Origin: Eledone cirrhosa
Lineage: Eukaryota
NCBI GenBank assembly: GCA_964016885.1
Contig: OZ024743.1
Location: 362,390,001-362,454,000, forward strand
DNA: 64,000 bases
Direction: 5' to 3'
In this document: positions 11,664 through 28,673 of the stretch, piece after piece
Position numbering within the stretch: position 1 is the stretch's first letter
How the letters are laid out: every line of letters begins with the position of its first letter
Program-made: the position numbers and the translations under genes
Notes under the pieces: model-generated
What the model saw: only the letters and a program-made list of their open reading frames with translations
Told to the model about the DNA's origin: nothing
The model's database searches: none

Positions 11664-12281
11664 TTACTTGTCGCTAGTTGGTTGTTTTTCTAGGCCCCTT
11701 CTAAATCTATAAGCTAGTTCGCCTCTAGGGGTTGTATTGACGAACATTACACTCTGGTATTTATTGCTATCATACCATGAGTTGATTTTATTTGCCTTAT
11801 TCCTAATCCTTTCTATTCTGTTCCAAAATTTGCTCCTGTAAATAGGGCAAGTTCGATTTGCATCATTTTCTACAATCTTTGCCCATTTGATTCTGGCTCC
11901 TTTATATACCCTGATCTTGTCTCTTTGGTTGTAGCCAAAGAACTGCATACGGTGGATGAAGTGTTGTATCTGTCTCTCTATTTATTTAGGGTTGCACATA
12001 CGGGACACGTTCCTCATCACTCTTACTAAGTCCGCAATCAGTATATTGATTTTATGTGATCCGAAACAACTGAGCTTCGGTGGATCAGGTATTGGGTTTA
12101 GGATAATGCGAATGGTTTTAGCATAATGCGAATGGAGGATTTGTGTTCTATTACTAATAGTTTCCAACCAGAGTCCTGTGTCTAGTACGGGTATTCTATG
12201 TTTGCCGTGTTTAGTTGAGTAGCCTATAGTAATTTTAATACTCTGGTGAATGGAGTTAACTATTTGCTGGATGCTTTCCAT
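11664..12281 (-). pseudogene. Penelope-like RT thumb/linker fragment
   Basis: NSIHQSIKIT..IPVLDTGLW..HSHYAK; YRSKFW..WY..SVMFVNTTP. Confidence 0.6.
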
Positions 12282-12959
12282 GGTGTTCTAATTCCTTACT
12301 GTTCTCCTGCGTAATGAATTGTTGCATTCCATTATCATAGGCTTTCTGATGAAGTGCAATAAATGATTAAGTATTGCATATGATTGAACAATATATATTG
12401 TAGTCAGCATATGTAGACAATTTATAATAGACACAAACATATGTCAAAGCAAATAAATTCCGAATCTCTTAACACCGACATTTTATTTTTCGTGGTGCAA
12501 TACTGGCTTATATAATACAATATTTTTCAAACACAGATTTTGACATGGCAACAGAAACCGTTGGATTAATGTTTATTTTATATATTTATTTGAACTTTAC
12601 AAATCTATGCTTATTGTTTACACACGCCACAACTATAAATACAACAGTTCCTCCATATACTCTTTACATTACCTCCAGCATAAACACTCTTTACATTAAC
12701 TCCAATATAAATATCTTTGAATGCAATTAATTCTTCATATAATGTTTACATAACATTTATATCTATGTTATCATAGAATACTCTTCTTATAACACCTTTC
12801 AATATTTTGATATCTTTTTACTGTAATATCATGTATATATTTGCTATCATTTTGCATCTGCATTACCTTAATGCATGCTATTATTAACATTCTTTGTGTA
12901 ATATGCTTGATATACTCACTTTTAGTAATAACAACTTTACTCTTTTACTCTTTTACCTG

Positions 12960-14311
12960 TTCCAGCCATCCGGCTGAGGCCATGCTGGGGCACCGCCCTT
13001 GTTGCTACACATTTTATCTCCAGCCTGTATTGGTTGGCCACTGGTGCAAGAGGGAGTTTGTTGCTGCTGCCCTTAGGTTTCCCTCGTGCCTTGCTGTGGG
13101 CTCATCCGGGATCCTGGATAACAAGGTCTCTAGATGTTTCTTGAAAACATCCACCTCCACACCATGCAGATCTCTAAGATCCCTCTGCAGCTTGTTGAAG
13201 AGTTGAGGGCCCTTGAACCTCAGGCTATTGCAATATCTGCTCCTTATTCTAGATGTGGGAGAGGGGACCTTTGGCACCACACAGTGACGTCCTGTCCGAC
13301 GGTTGGTCCAGCTCCCAATGCCAAATTTTGGGTCTGGTCCCTCCAGGATTTTCCACATGTAGATCACTGCGTATCTCTCCCGTCTTCGTTCCAAGAAGTA
13401 GAGGTTCAGTTCTTTTAGCCTCTCCCAGTAGCTTATCTCCTTCATCGTGGCAACCCTCTTGGTGTAGCTTCGCTGGATTGCCTCAAGCTCCGTGGTTAGT
13501 CTGACACTATGGGGTGACCACAACTGGGGGCAATAGTCCAGGCGGCTTAGGACAAGTGTCCTCCATAATGTCAACATGGTGTCTCGGTCTCTTGTCGGGA
13601 AAGTCCTCAAGATCCAGCCAGCGAGTCGTCTGCACATTGTCGCCCCTTTCATGATGTGTGGGGGAAAAAGATGCATCATCGCTCATGTCTATACCCAGGT
13701 CTCGTATCGATTTTGACACGGAGATATCGGTCTCTCCTGGTCCTACGTAACTGTGTTGTACTGTATTTGTGTTTGCAGGTTTGTATTGTAGGGCTTGGAA
13801 TTTGCCAGCATTAAACTGCATGTTGTTGTCTTCCGCCCATTTGTATATGGCATCCAGATCTTGTTGTAAAAGGGCAGCATCAGCCGGGTTTTTGATTGCC
13901 TGTGCTACCTTAGTGTATATCAGCATAGCTAGTGAGGGATTTTGTTGCATGTACTACAGAAGGCATGTCTGAGAGAGCCACCAAAAACAGTAGTGGTCCC
14001 AGGACTGAGACTTGGGGTACCCCACTTGTAATTGATGTTTCCTTTGAGAGGGCCCCGTTTGCTGCGACTGTCTGGTTTCTGTCCTTTAAGAAGTCGTGCA
14101 GCCACTCACCTACATTTCCAGTTATGCCGAGTCCGTGTAGTTTGTGACATATCATTCCGTGGTCTACCTTGTCAAAGGCCTTCGCAAAGTCAAGAAATAT
14201 CACGTCCACATGTGAGCTGTCTAGCAGTTGTTTCAGTACCCAGTCGTAGTGATGTAGCAGCTGTGTAAGGCAGCTTCTTCCTGGACGAAAGCTATGTTGC
14301 GTGCAAGTCAC
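12960..14311 (-). pseudogene. CR1-like LINE 3' fragment (RT)
   Basis: FLDFAKAFDKVDHG, SGVPQVSVLGPLLF, YAD, WAEDNNMQFN, LERRRER; frameshifted. Confidence 0.88.
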
Positions 14312-14458
14312 TTTTCAATATTTTGCTATCTTTTCACTGTAATATCATTTTGTTATTCTTGATTTTCAATATGATGTCACTGACACTGTTAATAATAATG
14401 TATATTAATGAATGTTCTAAAGACTAGGAATGTAATTACTTCTTTAAACATTGTGTAT

Positions 14459-14503
14459 GCTCCGATGTTTCCAGACAGTTATCTGGAAGAAACGATCGTC
14501 GGC
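14459..14503 (+). ncRNA. Type I HHR, C4 variant, degenerate
   Basis: gct CCGATGT ttccaga cagtta tctggaa GAAA cgatcg TC ggc; second copy at 30604-30648 (-). Confidence 0.55.
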
Positions 14504-14543
14504 TATTAAATGCATTAAACAAAAATTTGATTGTTCTATATTT

Positions 14544-14637
<94 letters not shown>

Positions 14638-14639
14638 TA

Positions 14640-14832
14640 TATTTTGAGTATATGTTGGTTGTATACCAACACCTTAGTATGCAGATTGGAGCACTCGACG
14701 AAGTGCGCAGGCTGGTTTGGCTACTTCGGAGTAATGTAAAATAAAATAAAATAAATAAGTCAAATGTTTAAAATTTGGCTTCGTACGAAGCCAAATTTTA
14801 AACATTTGACTTATTTATTTTGTTTTATTTTA
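14640..14832. repeat. PLE-like terminus with hairpin 14737-14832
   Basis: Palindrome centred on cttcgtacgaag; family shared with 16660-17000 and 30935-31150. Confidence 0.7.
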
Positions 14833-14907
14833 TATGAAGATATATATATATAAATATATATATAAATATATAAATATATATATAATTATATATATATATA
14901 TATAAAT

Positions 14908-15075
<168 letters not shown>

Positions 15076-15126
15076 ATAATATTAATTCAAGATATTAACA
15101 AAATAGATATTCTTGTGATCAAGTAT

Positions 15127-15191
15127 ATTTTATTATATATATTTCAGAGGTACTGAGTTAATTTCAACAGTACGTCCTCATCAGATAAAAT
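15127..15191 (-). ncRNA. Type I HHR
   Basis: attttat CTGATGA ggac gtactg..cagtac ctct GAAA tatata TA ataaaat. Confidence 0.75.
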
Positions 15192-15377
15192 AAGATGATG
15201 TATGACATACGGTGACATAGTAGATGGTTAAGATTCAGTCATGGTTGTTAATATTTTGAATTAACATTAATAACTCTGGAAAACCAAAATCTGTTGAGTG
15301 CTTCCAATCTATTGTAAAACTCATTCTTTGATTTATTCATTGAATCTTGTTTAACTTTTAAATATATATATAAATAA

Positions 15378-16665
<1,288 letters not shown>

Positions 16666-16710
16666 AAGTTAAATAAAAAGTCAAATGTTTAAAATTTAGC
16701 TTCGTTTATT

Positions 16711-16765
16711 ACTGCTATATATATTTCAGTGACAGCCATCTTTGGTTGTGACCTCTTCAGGCAGT
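16711..16765 (-). ncRNA. Type I HHR
   Basis: actgc CTGAAGA ggtcacaacca aaga tggctgtcact GAAA tatata TA gcagt. Confidence 0.75.
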
Positions 16766-16997
16766 CCGAATTAGTGTGGTATAGACAAGTACATATGTTG
16801 TTGAGGTGTATAATATTGTCAATACTCTGATATGCCCAGTTCCTGGTTGGGTTGTTATTTCATTGAGGAACATTTTAAACATTTGACTTTTTATTTAACT
16901 TCATTTTACATTACTCCGGAGTAACCAAACCGCGCACCTCGTCGAGTGCTCCAGACTGCATACTGAGGTGTTGGTATACAACCAACATATACTCAAA

Positions 16998-17151
<154 letters not shown>

Positions 17152-17196
17152 GATATTAAACAAACAAATGGAAACTATATTTATAAAACCATATTT

Positions 17197-17260
17197 ATTT
17201 CATTATACATATTTCAGGGATACCATATTAAAAATATGGCATGCCTTCTTCAGATAAAAT
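17197..17260 (-). ncRNA. Type I HHR
   Basis: Reverse complement of 18411-18474. Confidence 0.75.
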
Positions 17261-18410
17261 ACAATATATAAGCAGTTTTATAAATAAATTTGACGTACCA
17301 TAAATATTGATCAACTTTTATGTAAGAAGTTGGTTTGGTAGTGAGATGTTTATAAATATTTAGTGTTAAGCACAGTTAGAAAGAAAGATGGAGAAAAGGA
17401 AGAAATGTATGTAAAGAAAAACAGAGAGAGATAGGGGAGAGAGAAATAGTGAGGAGGTGAAAAATGAGAGGCAGCTGAGGTAACAGATGAATAATAATAA
17501 TTCATCATACAAATTGAGAGATTTAGGAGGGAGGGAGTACTGTAATTATTTATTTATTTATTTAGTTATAGTGTTAAGGAGACGGAGAGAAATAAAAAAT
17601 AAATAAAGAGAAAACAGAGAGGTAGAGAAAGATAGAGGTGGGGGGAAAAAGAGGTAGACCAAATAATAATAATTATATATGGGGAGGTGAGAGAAATAGG
17701 AGAGAAGTAAGAGAGAAAATAAGAGAGAAGCTCGAGAGGCAAAGTTAAAATAACCGATACTTAAATTTCATCATGTATAAAGAGGGAGGAGAAGGATGAT
17801 AGATTTACTACTTTACGTTATGTCCTATCAATTTGAATTATCAATTCATATGAATTGGGTATTATAATGTAAATATCAATATTCATGAATGAGACATAGA
17901 TATATAATGTGTGAAAAATAATGACCATATGTTTAGTTTAAAAATTCTTAGGTCGATGTACCAAAAACTGAGATAAAACTTCAAAAAATACGGAAATACA
18001 TAAGTATATATGTACTTTCCGGAAAAGGAAAGAGAGAAAAAGAGAAGGTCATCTCAAGTTCTAGTTTCTCTCCGTCTCCTTAATACTATAACTAAATAAA
18101 TAAATAAATAAATAATTACAGTACTCCCTCCCTCCTAAATCTCTCAATTTGTATGATGAATTATTATTATTCATCTGTTGCCTCAGCTGCCTCTCATTTT
18201 TCACCTCCTCACTATTTCTCTCTCCCCTATCTCTCTCTATCTCTCTCTGTTTTTCTTTACATACATTTCTTCCTTTTCTCCGTCTTTCTTTCTAACTGTG
18301 CTTAACACTAAATATTTATAAACATCTCACTACCAAACCAACTTCTTACATAAAAGTTGATCAATATTTATGGTACGTCAAATTTATTTATAAAACTGCT
18401 TATATATTGT

Positions 18411-18474
18411 ATTTTATCTGAAGAAGGCATGCCATATTTTTAATATGGTATCCCTGAAATATGTATAATGAAAT
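18411..18474 (+). ncRNA. Type I HHR
   Basis: attttat CTGAAGA agg-c-atgccatatt ttt aatatggtat-c-cct GAAA tatgta TA atgaaat. Confidence 0.8.
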
Positions 18475-18607
18475 AAATATGGTTTTATAAATATAGTTTC
18501 CATTTGTTTAATATCGTATATCTACTCCAAAACTTGTTGAGTGCTTTATATCAGTTCAGTTATAAAATATTTACTTGTTGTAACCCAACAATTTTAAATA
18601 AAACTTT

Positions 18608-18709
<102 letters not shown>

Positions 18710-20155
18710 GTATAATAAAAAATACAATATAATTACCTCATTACCAGAGGTTTCCCGAATAAGACGAATACGAAAGAAACGTCCTCATTCGTTCGTCGGA
18801 CGAGGCAATATAAACATAGTGAAATATTTGGAAAGTCTCCTCAAGAAATGCAAAAAAATATATATATATATAAATAAAAGTAATGCAATAGACATATAAA
18901 ATATATAAAAAAATGTTAAGGAAATATAGTTAGGTGTGTGTATATGTATGTATATACACTCACAGATGTACATATGTATGTACAGATGCGTGTGTATGGT
19001 GAAAATGTGTGCGTAAATATATGTATGAGGGCAAGTATATTTGTGTATATGTAACTACAAATACAGATATAATATGAGTTGAAAATAAAATGGTTGACAA
19101 GTATACAGAAAACAGGGTATTAGATACATTATATGAATATGAAGGCACGCGTATAAACACACACACACGCGCGTACACTTATATGCGGAAGAAAAAGAGG
19201 TAAGGGAGTGTAATAGTTAAAACAAAGTGTCATTCTCGATATATTTATAAAAATGGAACAATATATTAGAAAGAAAAAATGTTTAAATGAAATAGAAAGT
19301 AGTCAATTAACACTAGAGAAGAGAAAAGAAAAGAAAAGAGAACAAACAAGGTACACGCGTACATACACATATATCTATAAGAAACATATATCTATAAAAA
19401 AATATATATATACACGCAATACGTGCAGACAAAAGCGTATGCAAACGTACATACATACACAGGATGCACATATATATATACATACATATCGCCCCATGTA
19501 TATCTAATCACACGTACGTACGCGACTGTATACACATACATATATATATATATATAAATATATATATATATACATACGCACACATACACATCCATACATG
19601 CAGCACATACACACACACATACGCACATACATACATTCACGCACATTGACCCGCTTACACGCACACACATAAAATTAAGAATGTAAAAAAAAACATAGAT
19701 GTAAAAACACGGATATAAAAACACACATACATACATATATATATATACACGCACGCACGCGCACATACGGAGGCGTTCGTGTACATATACAGAAAGTATA
19801 CACACATAAAGACGCTCAAACACATAGATACAGGGTGTGAAAACAGCCTTATGAATAAGTGAGTACAAATATAAAATTATAAAAATATAAAATTGGCTGC
19901 GAAATAACAGAAAATATCTGGAGTGGAAAACGCAAGTGACTCGTATAATCAGGTAGTAAAGAAAATAGGGAAGTAAAATGTGGAAAGTGAAGATATTAGG
20001 TAAGTGAATCGGAGAATAAAGGGGGGGGGGTTACAGGTGGATGTGAAGTAGAAATAAAAATAAAAATAAAATTAATAATAATAATAAGGTTAAAAATGAA
20101 AGTAAATCAGAAAGAGTAGTCTTTAAAGAGAATAATTTAAGTGAAGAATAAGAGC

Positions 20156-20725
20156 TTATGGAGGATAAGTATCTGAAAGTGTGTTAAGTTTATATGAGCT
20201 GGAAAGCAAGTGTGATTTCATGTGTGGGCAACTGGTGAAAATTTCTGTCTTTGTGTTTAGGCAGGTCTTTGGTGATTTAAGGTTTTGCAAAATCCAATAT
20301 TTTTCGTTTATGCAGAGCGTGCATTTTCTTGTTCCTCTTGCATATTCTTTAAATTGGTTCAAAATTGACCAATCCAATTTATATTGGATACCTTGTTCTT
20401 TCAAATCACATATTCTGCTAGCCAGAGCTGTTGTGATTCTTTTTTCTGGATGTCGAAACGATGCGACATGTGAGTAATAACGCGTTTTGAATTTGTCTTG
20501 CGTCATACCCACATATCGTTCACTGGTGGTTGGTTGGTTGTTGATGATGGTTGTCACTTTAGCCGCATATACAATGGCTTTAGTGTTGCATTTACCTTGT
20601 AATGGGCATTCACTTTTGATTCTACAGGAGCAATTTTGATGTTCTCTAGGTGATATTTTGTTGATGATATAAGATTTATTAGGGGGACCGCAGGAGTAGC
20701 TAATTTTTGCTCTGGTACTTACATA
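20156..20725 (-). pseudogene. PLE GIY-YIG endonuclease fragment (Hydra-like), with 3' UTR extending to about 18710
   Basis: CSCRIKSECPLQGKC, IVY..YVG, CTLC, KTEIFTSCPH. Confidence 0.85.
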
Positions 20726-20790
20726 GAGCACTCTTCACTCCTATGACATTTTTAATTTTCAACGGAAACTTCAATACCTATATATAAATA

Positions 20791-20930
20791 TAGGTTAACA
20801 TATGTTGATGCCCTAAGAACAGACACTGGTCTGTTGGAGATGCAGGATATGGCAGCGATAATGAGGGACAGAGACCGCTGGAGAGAACTCGTCCATGGAT
20901 CTCGGGAATTTTACCCGCCTTAGATAGATA
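20791..20930 (+). mobile_element. RTE-like LINE extreme 3' end
   Basis: Nearly identical to 22633-22775; ends in (TAGA)n then (TA)n. Confidence 0.7.
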
Positions 20931-22467
<1,537 letters not shown>

Positions 22468-22773
22468 TAGGATGAAAAACTCAGAGCTGTATGGGAGCAT
22501 CCCAAAAGTCAGCTCAAAAGTGACACAGAGGAGACTAAGGTTGGCTGGACATGCTCACCGGCATCCAGAGTTGACATTGCACTCAGTGCTCCTTTGGGAG
22601 CCCCTACATGGACACACTAGAAGAGGAAGACCAAGGTTAACATATGTTGATGCCCTAAGGACAGACACTGGTCTGTTGGAGATGCAGGATATGGCAGCGA
22701 TAATGAGGGACAGAGACCGCTGGAGAGAACTCGTCCATGGATCTCGTGAATTTTACGCGCCTTAGATAGATAG

Positions 22774-22775
<2 letters not shown>
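22468..22775 (+). pseudogene. RTE-like LINE 3' fragment
   Basis: [32 protein letters not shown]. Confidence 0.8.
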
Positions 22776-22822
<47 letters not shown>

Positions 22823-22969
22823 AATATATATATATATATAAATATATATATATATATTTATAAATATATATATATATATATCTAAATATAAATATATATA
22901 TATAAATATAAATATATAAATATAAATATATATATATAAATATATATACAAATATATATATATAAATAT

Positions 22970-23298
22970 ACAATATTAAATAAATGGAAAACTATATTTA
23001 TAAAACCATATCTATTTCATTATATATATTTCGGGGATATCATATTAACAATATGCTATGCCTTCATCAGACAAAATACAATATAAACAGTTTTATAGAT
23101 AAATATATTCGACATACCGTAATAAACATCAACTTCATGATATCCCCGAAATATATATAATGAAATAGATATGGTTTTATAAATATAGTTTTCCATTTAT
23201 TTAATATTGTAAATATACTCCAAATATTTGTCGAGTGCTTTTATATCAGTTATAAATATTTACTAGTTGTAACCCAACAATTTTAAATATAACTTTAC

Positions 23299-23300
<2 letters not shown>
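22970..23300 (+). mobile_element. Short inverted pLTR plus tail, sister family of 17150-18610; HHR at 23014-23077 (-)
   Basis: attttgt CTGATGA aggcatagcatattgttaatatgatatcccc GAAA tatata TA atgaaat. Confidence 0.8.
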
Positions 23301-23353
<53 letters not shown>

Positions 23354-23393
23354 TAAATATATATATATATATTTAAATATATATATATATATT

Positions 23394-23525
<132 letters not shown>

Positions 23526-23634
23526 AATATATATATAAATATATATAAATAATATATAAATATATATAAAAATATATATATAAATATATAGATATATAAA
23601 TATATAAATATATATATAAATATATATATAAATA

Positions 23635-24435
23635 TAAGAGGGTGTTAAAGTTTGCTTGAAGCATTGTGAAATATGTAAAATGTGTAGTTTAGAAAGCCAC
23701 AACAATGCAGATGGGAAATCTCGAGGTAGGAAGTGAGTGAGAAATAGGAGAAAAGTGAAAATTGAGAGAAACGAAAAAACGAAAACAAAACAAAGGTAGA
23801 AGGGTTACCGTAGTGGAGATTTAATCCCAATATTTCGGGCTCACGCCCATCAACGGGGGGAAAGTTCGAAAAGGGGGGAACAGGCTAAGCTGGAGAAAGT
23901 TGTAATGTCGTTAAAACATAGGAATACCGTTATGGGGAAAAATTCAAACGAGGGAAAGAATGCGCGTGCGCGTGATAGGCTGTGGCAAAAGCTACTGACC
24001 AATTGGGTTAAATCAATAGGGTGCGCTAGCGTGTGAAAGCCGTAAAATATGTGTGTGTAAATATATATGTGTGTGTAGCTGTGTGTGTATATGTGTATGT
24101 GTGTATGTATGTGAGTGTGTGTGTGTGAAAGATAGTGGGCCGTAGAAACTGGAATTCAAAGGGTGTGAAAGGTGGTAGGTTGTATAAACATGTGTGCGTG
24201 TATAAATATAGATGTGTGTGTGTGTGTGTGTATGTGTATGGGTATACATATAAGTGCGTGTGTGTGAAAGATAGTAGGCCGTAGGGGCTGTTACTGGTCG
24301 CTATGGGTAGATTAGCCCTGTCAGCTCATTTCTCTCAGCCCAGTTGTTAAGTGGGGGTCTGAGGTTCTTAATAACAAGTGATTCCTTTATCCTTAAGGAG
24401 CCGATGCTGCGTTCAGTCGCTAGGACTGTGACCAA
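23635..24435 (-). mobile_element. Penelope 3' end (GIY-YIG tail and UTR), degenerate minimal HHR at 23825-23861
   Basis: LRIKESLVIKNLRPPLN; tccc CCGTTGA t gggc gtga gccc GAAA ta TT ggga. Confidence 0.65.
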
Positions 24436-24481
24436 TATATAAATATATATATATATAAATATATATACATATATATATATA

Positions 24482-24571
<90 letters not shown>

Positions 24572-24578
<7 letters not shown>

Positions 24579-26655
24579 CGTAAAATAAGAACATTTTTTA
24601 AAAAAATTAACTTACTTACTTAAATTTTCACTCCAACTAATTAGTTTCTGCAATGGGATAAAGACAGTTACGTAATGAACTGTTGAGAATTTCTTTGCGT
24701 CATCAGGGAGATCTATTCTCAGCCAAGTCTCCAGGCAGTGCGCGGACACTGGGGACTCATATAAAAATAATAATAATTCGGTAATTGGAACAGCTATCGA
24801 GGACTGGATTCCAGGCACTGAAAATTCTCACTGCCACTGGTCATATGGCCGATTCTAAAGAATCAATCACGTGACACAGAGGCTAGTCAGTAGGAATGGG
24901 ATGGTAAGATGACAGACGCCTACTAACACCCCCAAACAAATTTAGAAGTGGTTTTGGCAGGTTTGCTCGACAAATCAGTGATTTGGAGATAAATATAGAT
25001 AATTTAATATATCTACTAACATAAGCGCACAGATGTACGCTAATGCCAGCAAATACACAGGTTATGTCATAGTACCTAGGTGGTTCAATGCAGGAGGATG
25101 CTGAACAATAATATAAAAGACGTAAAATAAGAAAAATTTTAAAAAATTAACTTACTTAAATGTTCACTCCAACTAATTAGTTTCTGCAATGGGATAAAGA
25201 CAGTTACGTAATGAACTGTTGAGAATTTCATTGCGTCATCAGGGAGATCTATTCTCAGCCAAGTCTCCAGGCAATGCGCGGACACTGGGGACTCATATAA
25301 AAATAATAATAATTCGGTAAATGGAACAGCTATCGAGGACTTAGCGTACATCTGTGCGCTTATGTTAGTAGATATATTAAATTATCTATATTTATCTCCA
25401 AATCACTGATTTGTCGAGCAAACCTGCCAAAACCACTTCTAATTTTTTGGGGGGGTGTTAGTAGGCGTTTGTCATCTTTAATAATAATAATAATTCGGTA
25501 AATGGAACAGCTATCGAGGACTGCATTCCAGGCACTGAAAGTTCTCACTGCCACTGGTCATATGGCCGATTCTAAAGAATCAATCACGTGACACAGAGGC
25601 TAGTCAGTAGGAATGGGATGGTAAGATGACAGACGCCTACTAACACCCCCAAAAAAATTTAGAAGTGGTTTTGGCAGGTTTGCTCGACAAATCAGTGATT
25701 TGGAGATAAATATAGATGATTTAATATATCTACTAACATAAGCGCACAGATGTACGCTAAGTCCTCGATAGCTGTTCCATTTACCGAATTATTATTATTT
25801 TTATATGAGTCCCCAGTGTCCGCGCATTGCCTGGAGACTTGGCTGAGAATAGATCTCCCTGATGACGCAATGAAATTCTCAACAGTTCATTACGTAACTG
25901 TCTTTATCCCATTGCAGAAACTAATTAGTTGGAGTGAAAATTTAAGTAAGTAAGTTAATTTTTTTTTTTTATTTTCTTATTTTACGTCTTTTATATTATT
26001 GTTCTGCATCCTCCTGCATTGAATCACCTAAGTACTATGACATAACCTGTGTATTTGCTGGCATTAGCGTACATCTGTGCGCTTATGTTAGTAGATATAT
26101 TAAATTATCTATATTTATCTCCAAATCACTGATTTGTCGAGCAAACCTGCCAAAACCACTTCTAAATTTGTTTGGGGGTGTTAGTAGGCGTCTGTCATCT
26201 TACCATCCCATTCCTACTGACTAGCCTCTGTGTCACGTGATTGATTCTTTAGAATCGGCCATATGACCAGTGGCAGTGAGAATTTTCAGTGCCTGGAATC
26301 CAGTCCTCGATAGCTGTTCCATTTACCGAATTATTATTATTTTTATATGAGTCCCGAGTGTCCGCGCATTGCCTGGAGACTTGGCTGAGAATAGACCTCC
26401 CTGATGACGCAATTAAATTCTCAACAGTTCATTACGTAACTGTCTTTATCCCATTGCAGAAACTAATTAGTTGGAGTGAAAATTTAAGTAAGTAAGTTAA
26501 TTTTTTTAAAAAATTTTCTTATTTTACGTCTTTTATATTATTGTTCTGCATCCTCCTGCATTGAACCACCTAGGTACTATGACATAACCTGTGTATTTGC
26601 TGGCATTAGCGTACATCTGTGCGCTTACGTTAGTAGATATATTAAATTATCTATA
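24572..26655. repeat. Palindromic array of about 540-bp units with four type I HHRs
   Basis: HHRs at 24631-24710 (-), 25167-25246 (-), 25855-25934 (+), 26397-26476 (+): ctcc CTGATGA c-gcaatg..cattgc-a GAAA ctaattag TT ggag. Confidence 0.85.
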
Positions 26656-26665
26656 TATATATATA

Positions 26666-26767
<102 letters not shown>

Positions 26768-26869
26768 TATATATATATAAATATATATATATATTTATCG
26801 GTCATCGGGGTGTTCCATGCTGAAATTGATACTGGCGTCCATGCTGGAGAATGTTGTGTATATTTTATC

Positions 26870-28238
26870 CGCCTCCTCACGGGATCTCTATCCCTACTGG
26901 ACTTCCAACTCAGGGTAACAGAGGAAGACAACATCCACACTTGCTTCTATAAAAAAGCCGCCAGCAGGGACCTGTTCGTACATTTCAGTTCGGCCCTCCC
27001 AGCCAGCGCTAAATTCGGATACATATTGAACGAACCAACACGTACCCGGAACAAATGCACCGACGCTAGAGACCGAGACACACACGCCACACATTTCCTG
27101 GAAGTACTCAAAATGAACGGACACGCGACATCCACCACAAACCGTGCCAGAAAGAACAGAGGACACCACACCCGAGGCACTAACACTTGCTTCCTGAAGC
27201 TCCCACACTTCAGTGACGAAACAACAACAGCCATCCGCAGAGCTATCAGACGAGAGGGACTAGATATCCAACTCAGGTCCTTCTCTGCGCGGACAGCTAA
27301 CCAAAAGACACTCCACCAGACATGACAACCGCTGCAGGCTAGCCAACTGTCCCATCAACGACACAGACCTATGCCACCAGGCTTACGTCGTATACAGACT
27401 AGAGTGCGACAAATGCAGCAACTTCTACGTAGGAAGCACCACCAGACCACTCCACATAAGAATAAAAGAACACCTCAATACTAACGCTTCCTTATTTAAG
27501 AAACACCTAGTTAAATGCAAAAACATCGACAAAACCATAACAGTTAGGATAGAAACTAAGGAAAGAAACCTCGGCAATCTTAGAATTAAGGAGGCACTAA
27601 TAATAGACAAAACACAACCACCAATCAATAATAGACTAGAACTCAACACCCAATTTATAACTTGATATAGCATCTAGCCCCATATTTACACACACACCCT
27701 CCCACACACACGCACACGCACACACACACTTACACCTCCACTTATTCCCTCTCACACACACATACACACACAAAGACCAGTTCTAACACGAGATAACATC
27801 TATCCCCCACATATACGGATAGACATATCTTCTCACACTCACACACACACACACATACTTACACCTCACACATTCTCCCACACACTTAAACAGGCATGTA
27901 CAAAAAAAAACCTTTTAAAGGGAGACTACTCTTTATCCACCTAACCTTAACTCTTTGACATTAGAGATAGAACAGATACTCTATACCATTTCCTGTCAGC
28001 ATGACTTGGCAAGCTATTTAGAACACTGGTTTACAGCGCTTTACTTCCCTCCGAGGAAGAGATATTATCTCGAAAATTAAGGACATTTAAATAAATCTAA
28101 GGTAAAAGGCTAATTGTCAACAATATCTTTTGCATTTGCATTCTTTATTCTATGTCCATACCTGTTTTGGCTTTATTATACATATACAAACGTTTATACC
28201 TCATTACACAATGCTTCAAGTGAACTATTACTTCCTCC

Positions 28239-28240
<2 letters not shown>
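26870..28240 (+). mobile_element. 5'-truncated Penelope element (RT thumb, GIY-YIG, UTR)
   Basis: LSLLDF..FYKK..FVHFSSALP; VVYRLECDKC..YVGSTTRPLHIRIKEH; minimal HHR-like motif at 28048-28082 (cct CCGAGGA a gagat att atctc GAAA at TA agg). Confidence 0.8.
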
Positions 28241-28325
<85 letters not shown>

Positions 28326-28364
28326 TATATACGTATATATATAAATATAAATATATATATATAA

Positions 28365-28475
<111 letters not shown>

Positions 28476-28673
28476 TATATATAGTTTTGCGAGGTTTTTG
28501 ATATGAGATCGTGTGTCGAAACAAATATTGTTATACTTGTGGAGGGTCATATTAGTGTAATATTGCCAGAATTAATAACAGAACACACTCACTGTTTGGT
28601 TGGTTTTCGCTTTTCGCTTCAGTGTCTTTTATATCGGTTAATTTAATTTATTCGGTCCTCAATGTTGCCATTG

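Noticed and set aside
12340-12410. CTGATGA plus hairpin plus GAAC
   Set aside because: GAAA is incomplete and stem I does not pair; at best a decayed HHR.
12797-14348. 36-bp direct repeat around the CR1-like fragment as a TSD
   Set aside because: The left copy lies over 100 bp from the LINE end and the flank is itself degenerate tandem sequence.
25844-25881. Apparent compact type III HHR (tgagaa TA..CTGATGA cgcaat GAAA ttctca)
   Set aside because: That GAAA is mutated in the 26.4-kb copy and stems I and II are implausible; a type I fold using the downstream GAAA fits all four copies.
24612-26495. Four copies of a roughly 68-aa ORF
   Set aside because: Inconsistent starts, overlap with the ribozyme, and no recognisable domain.
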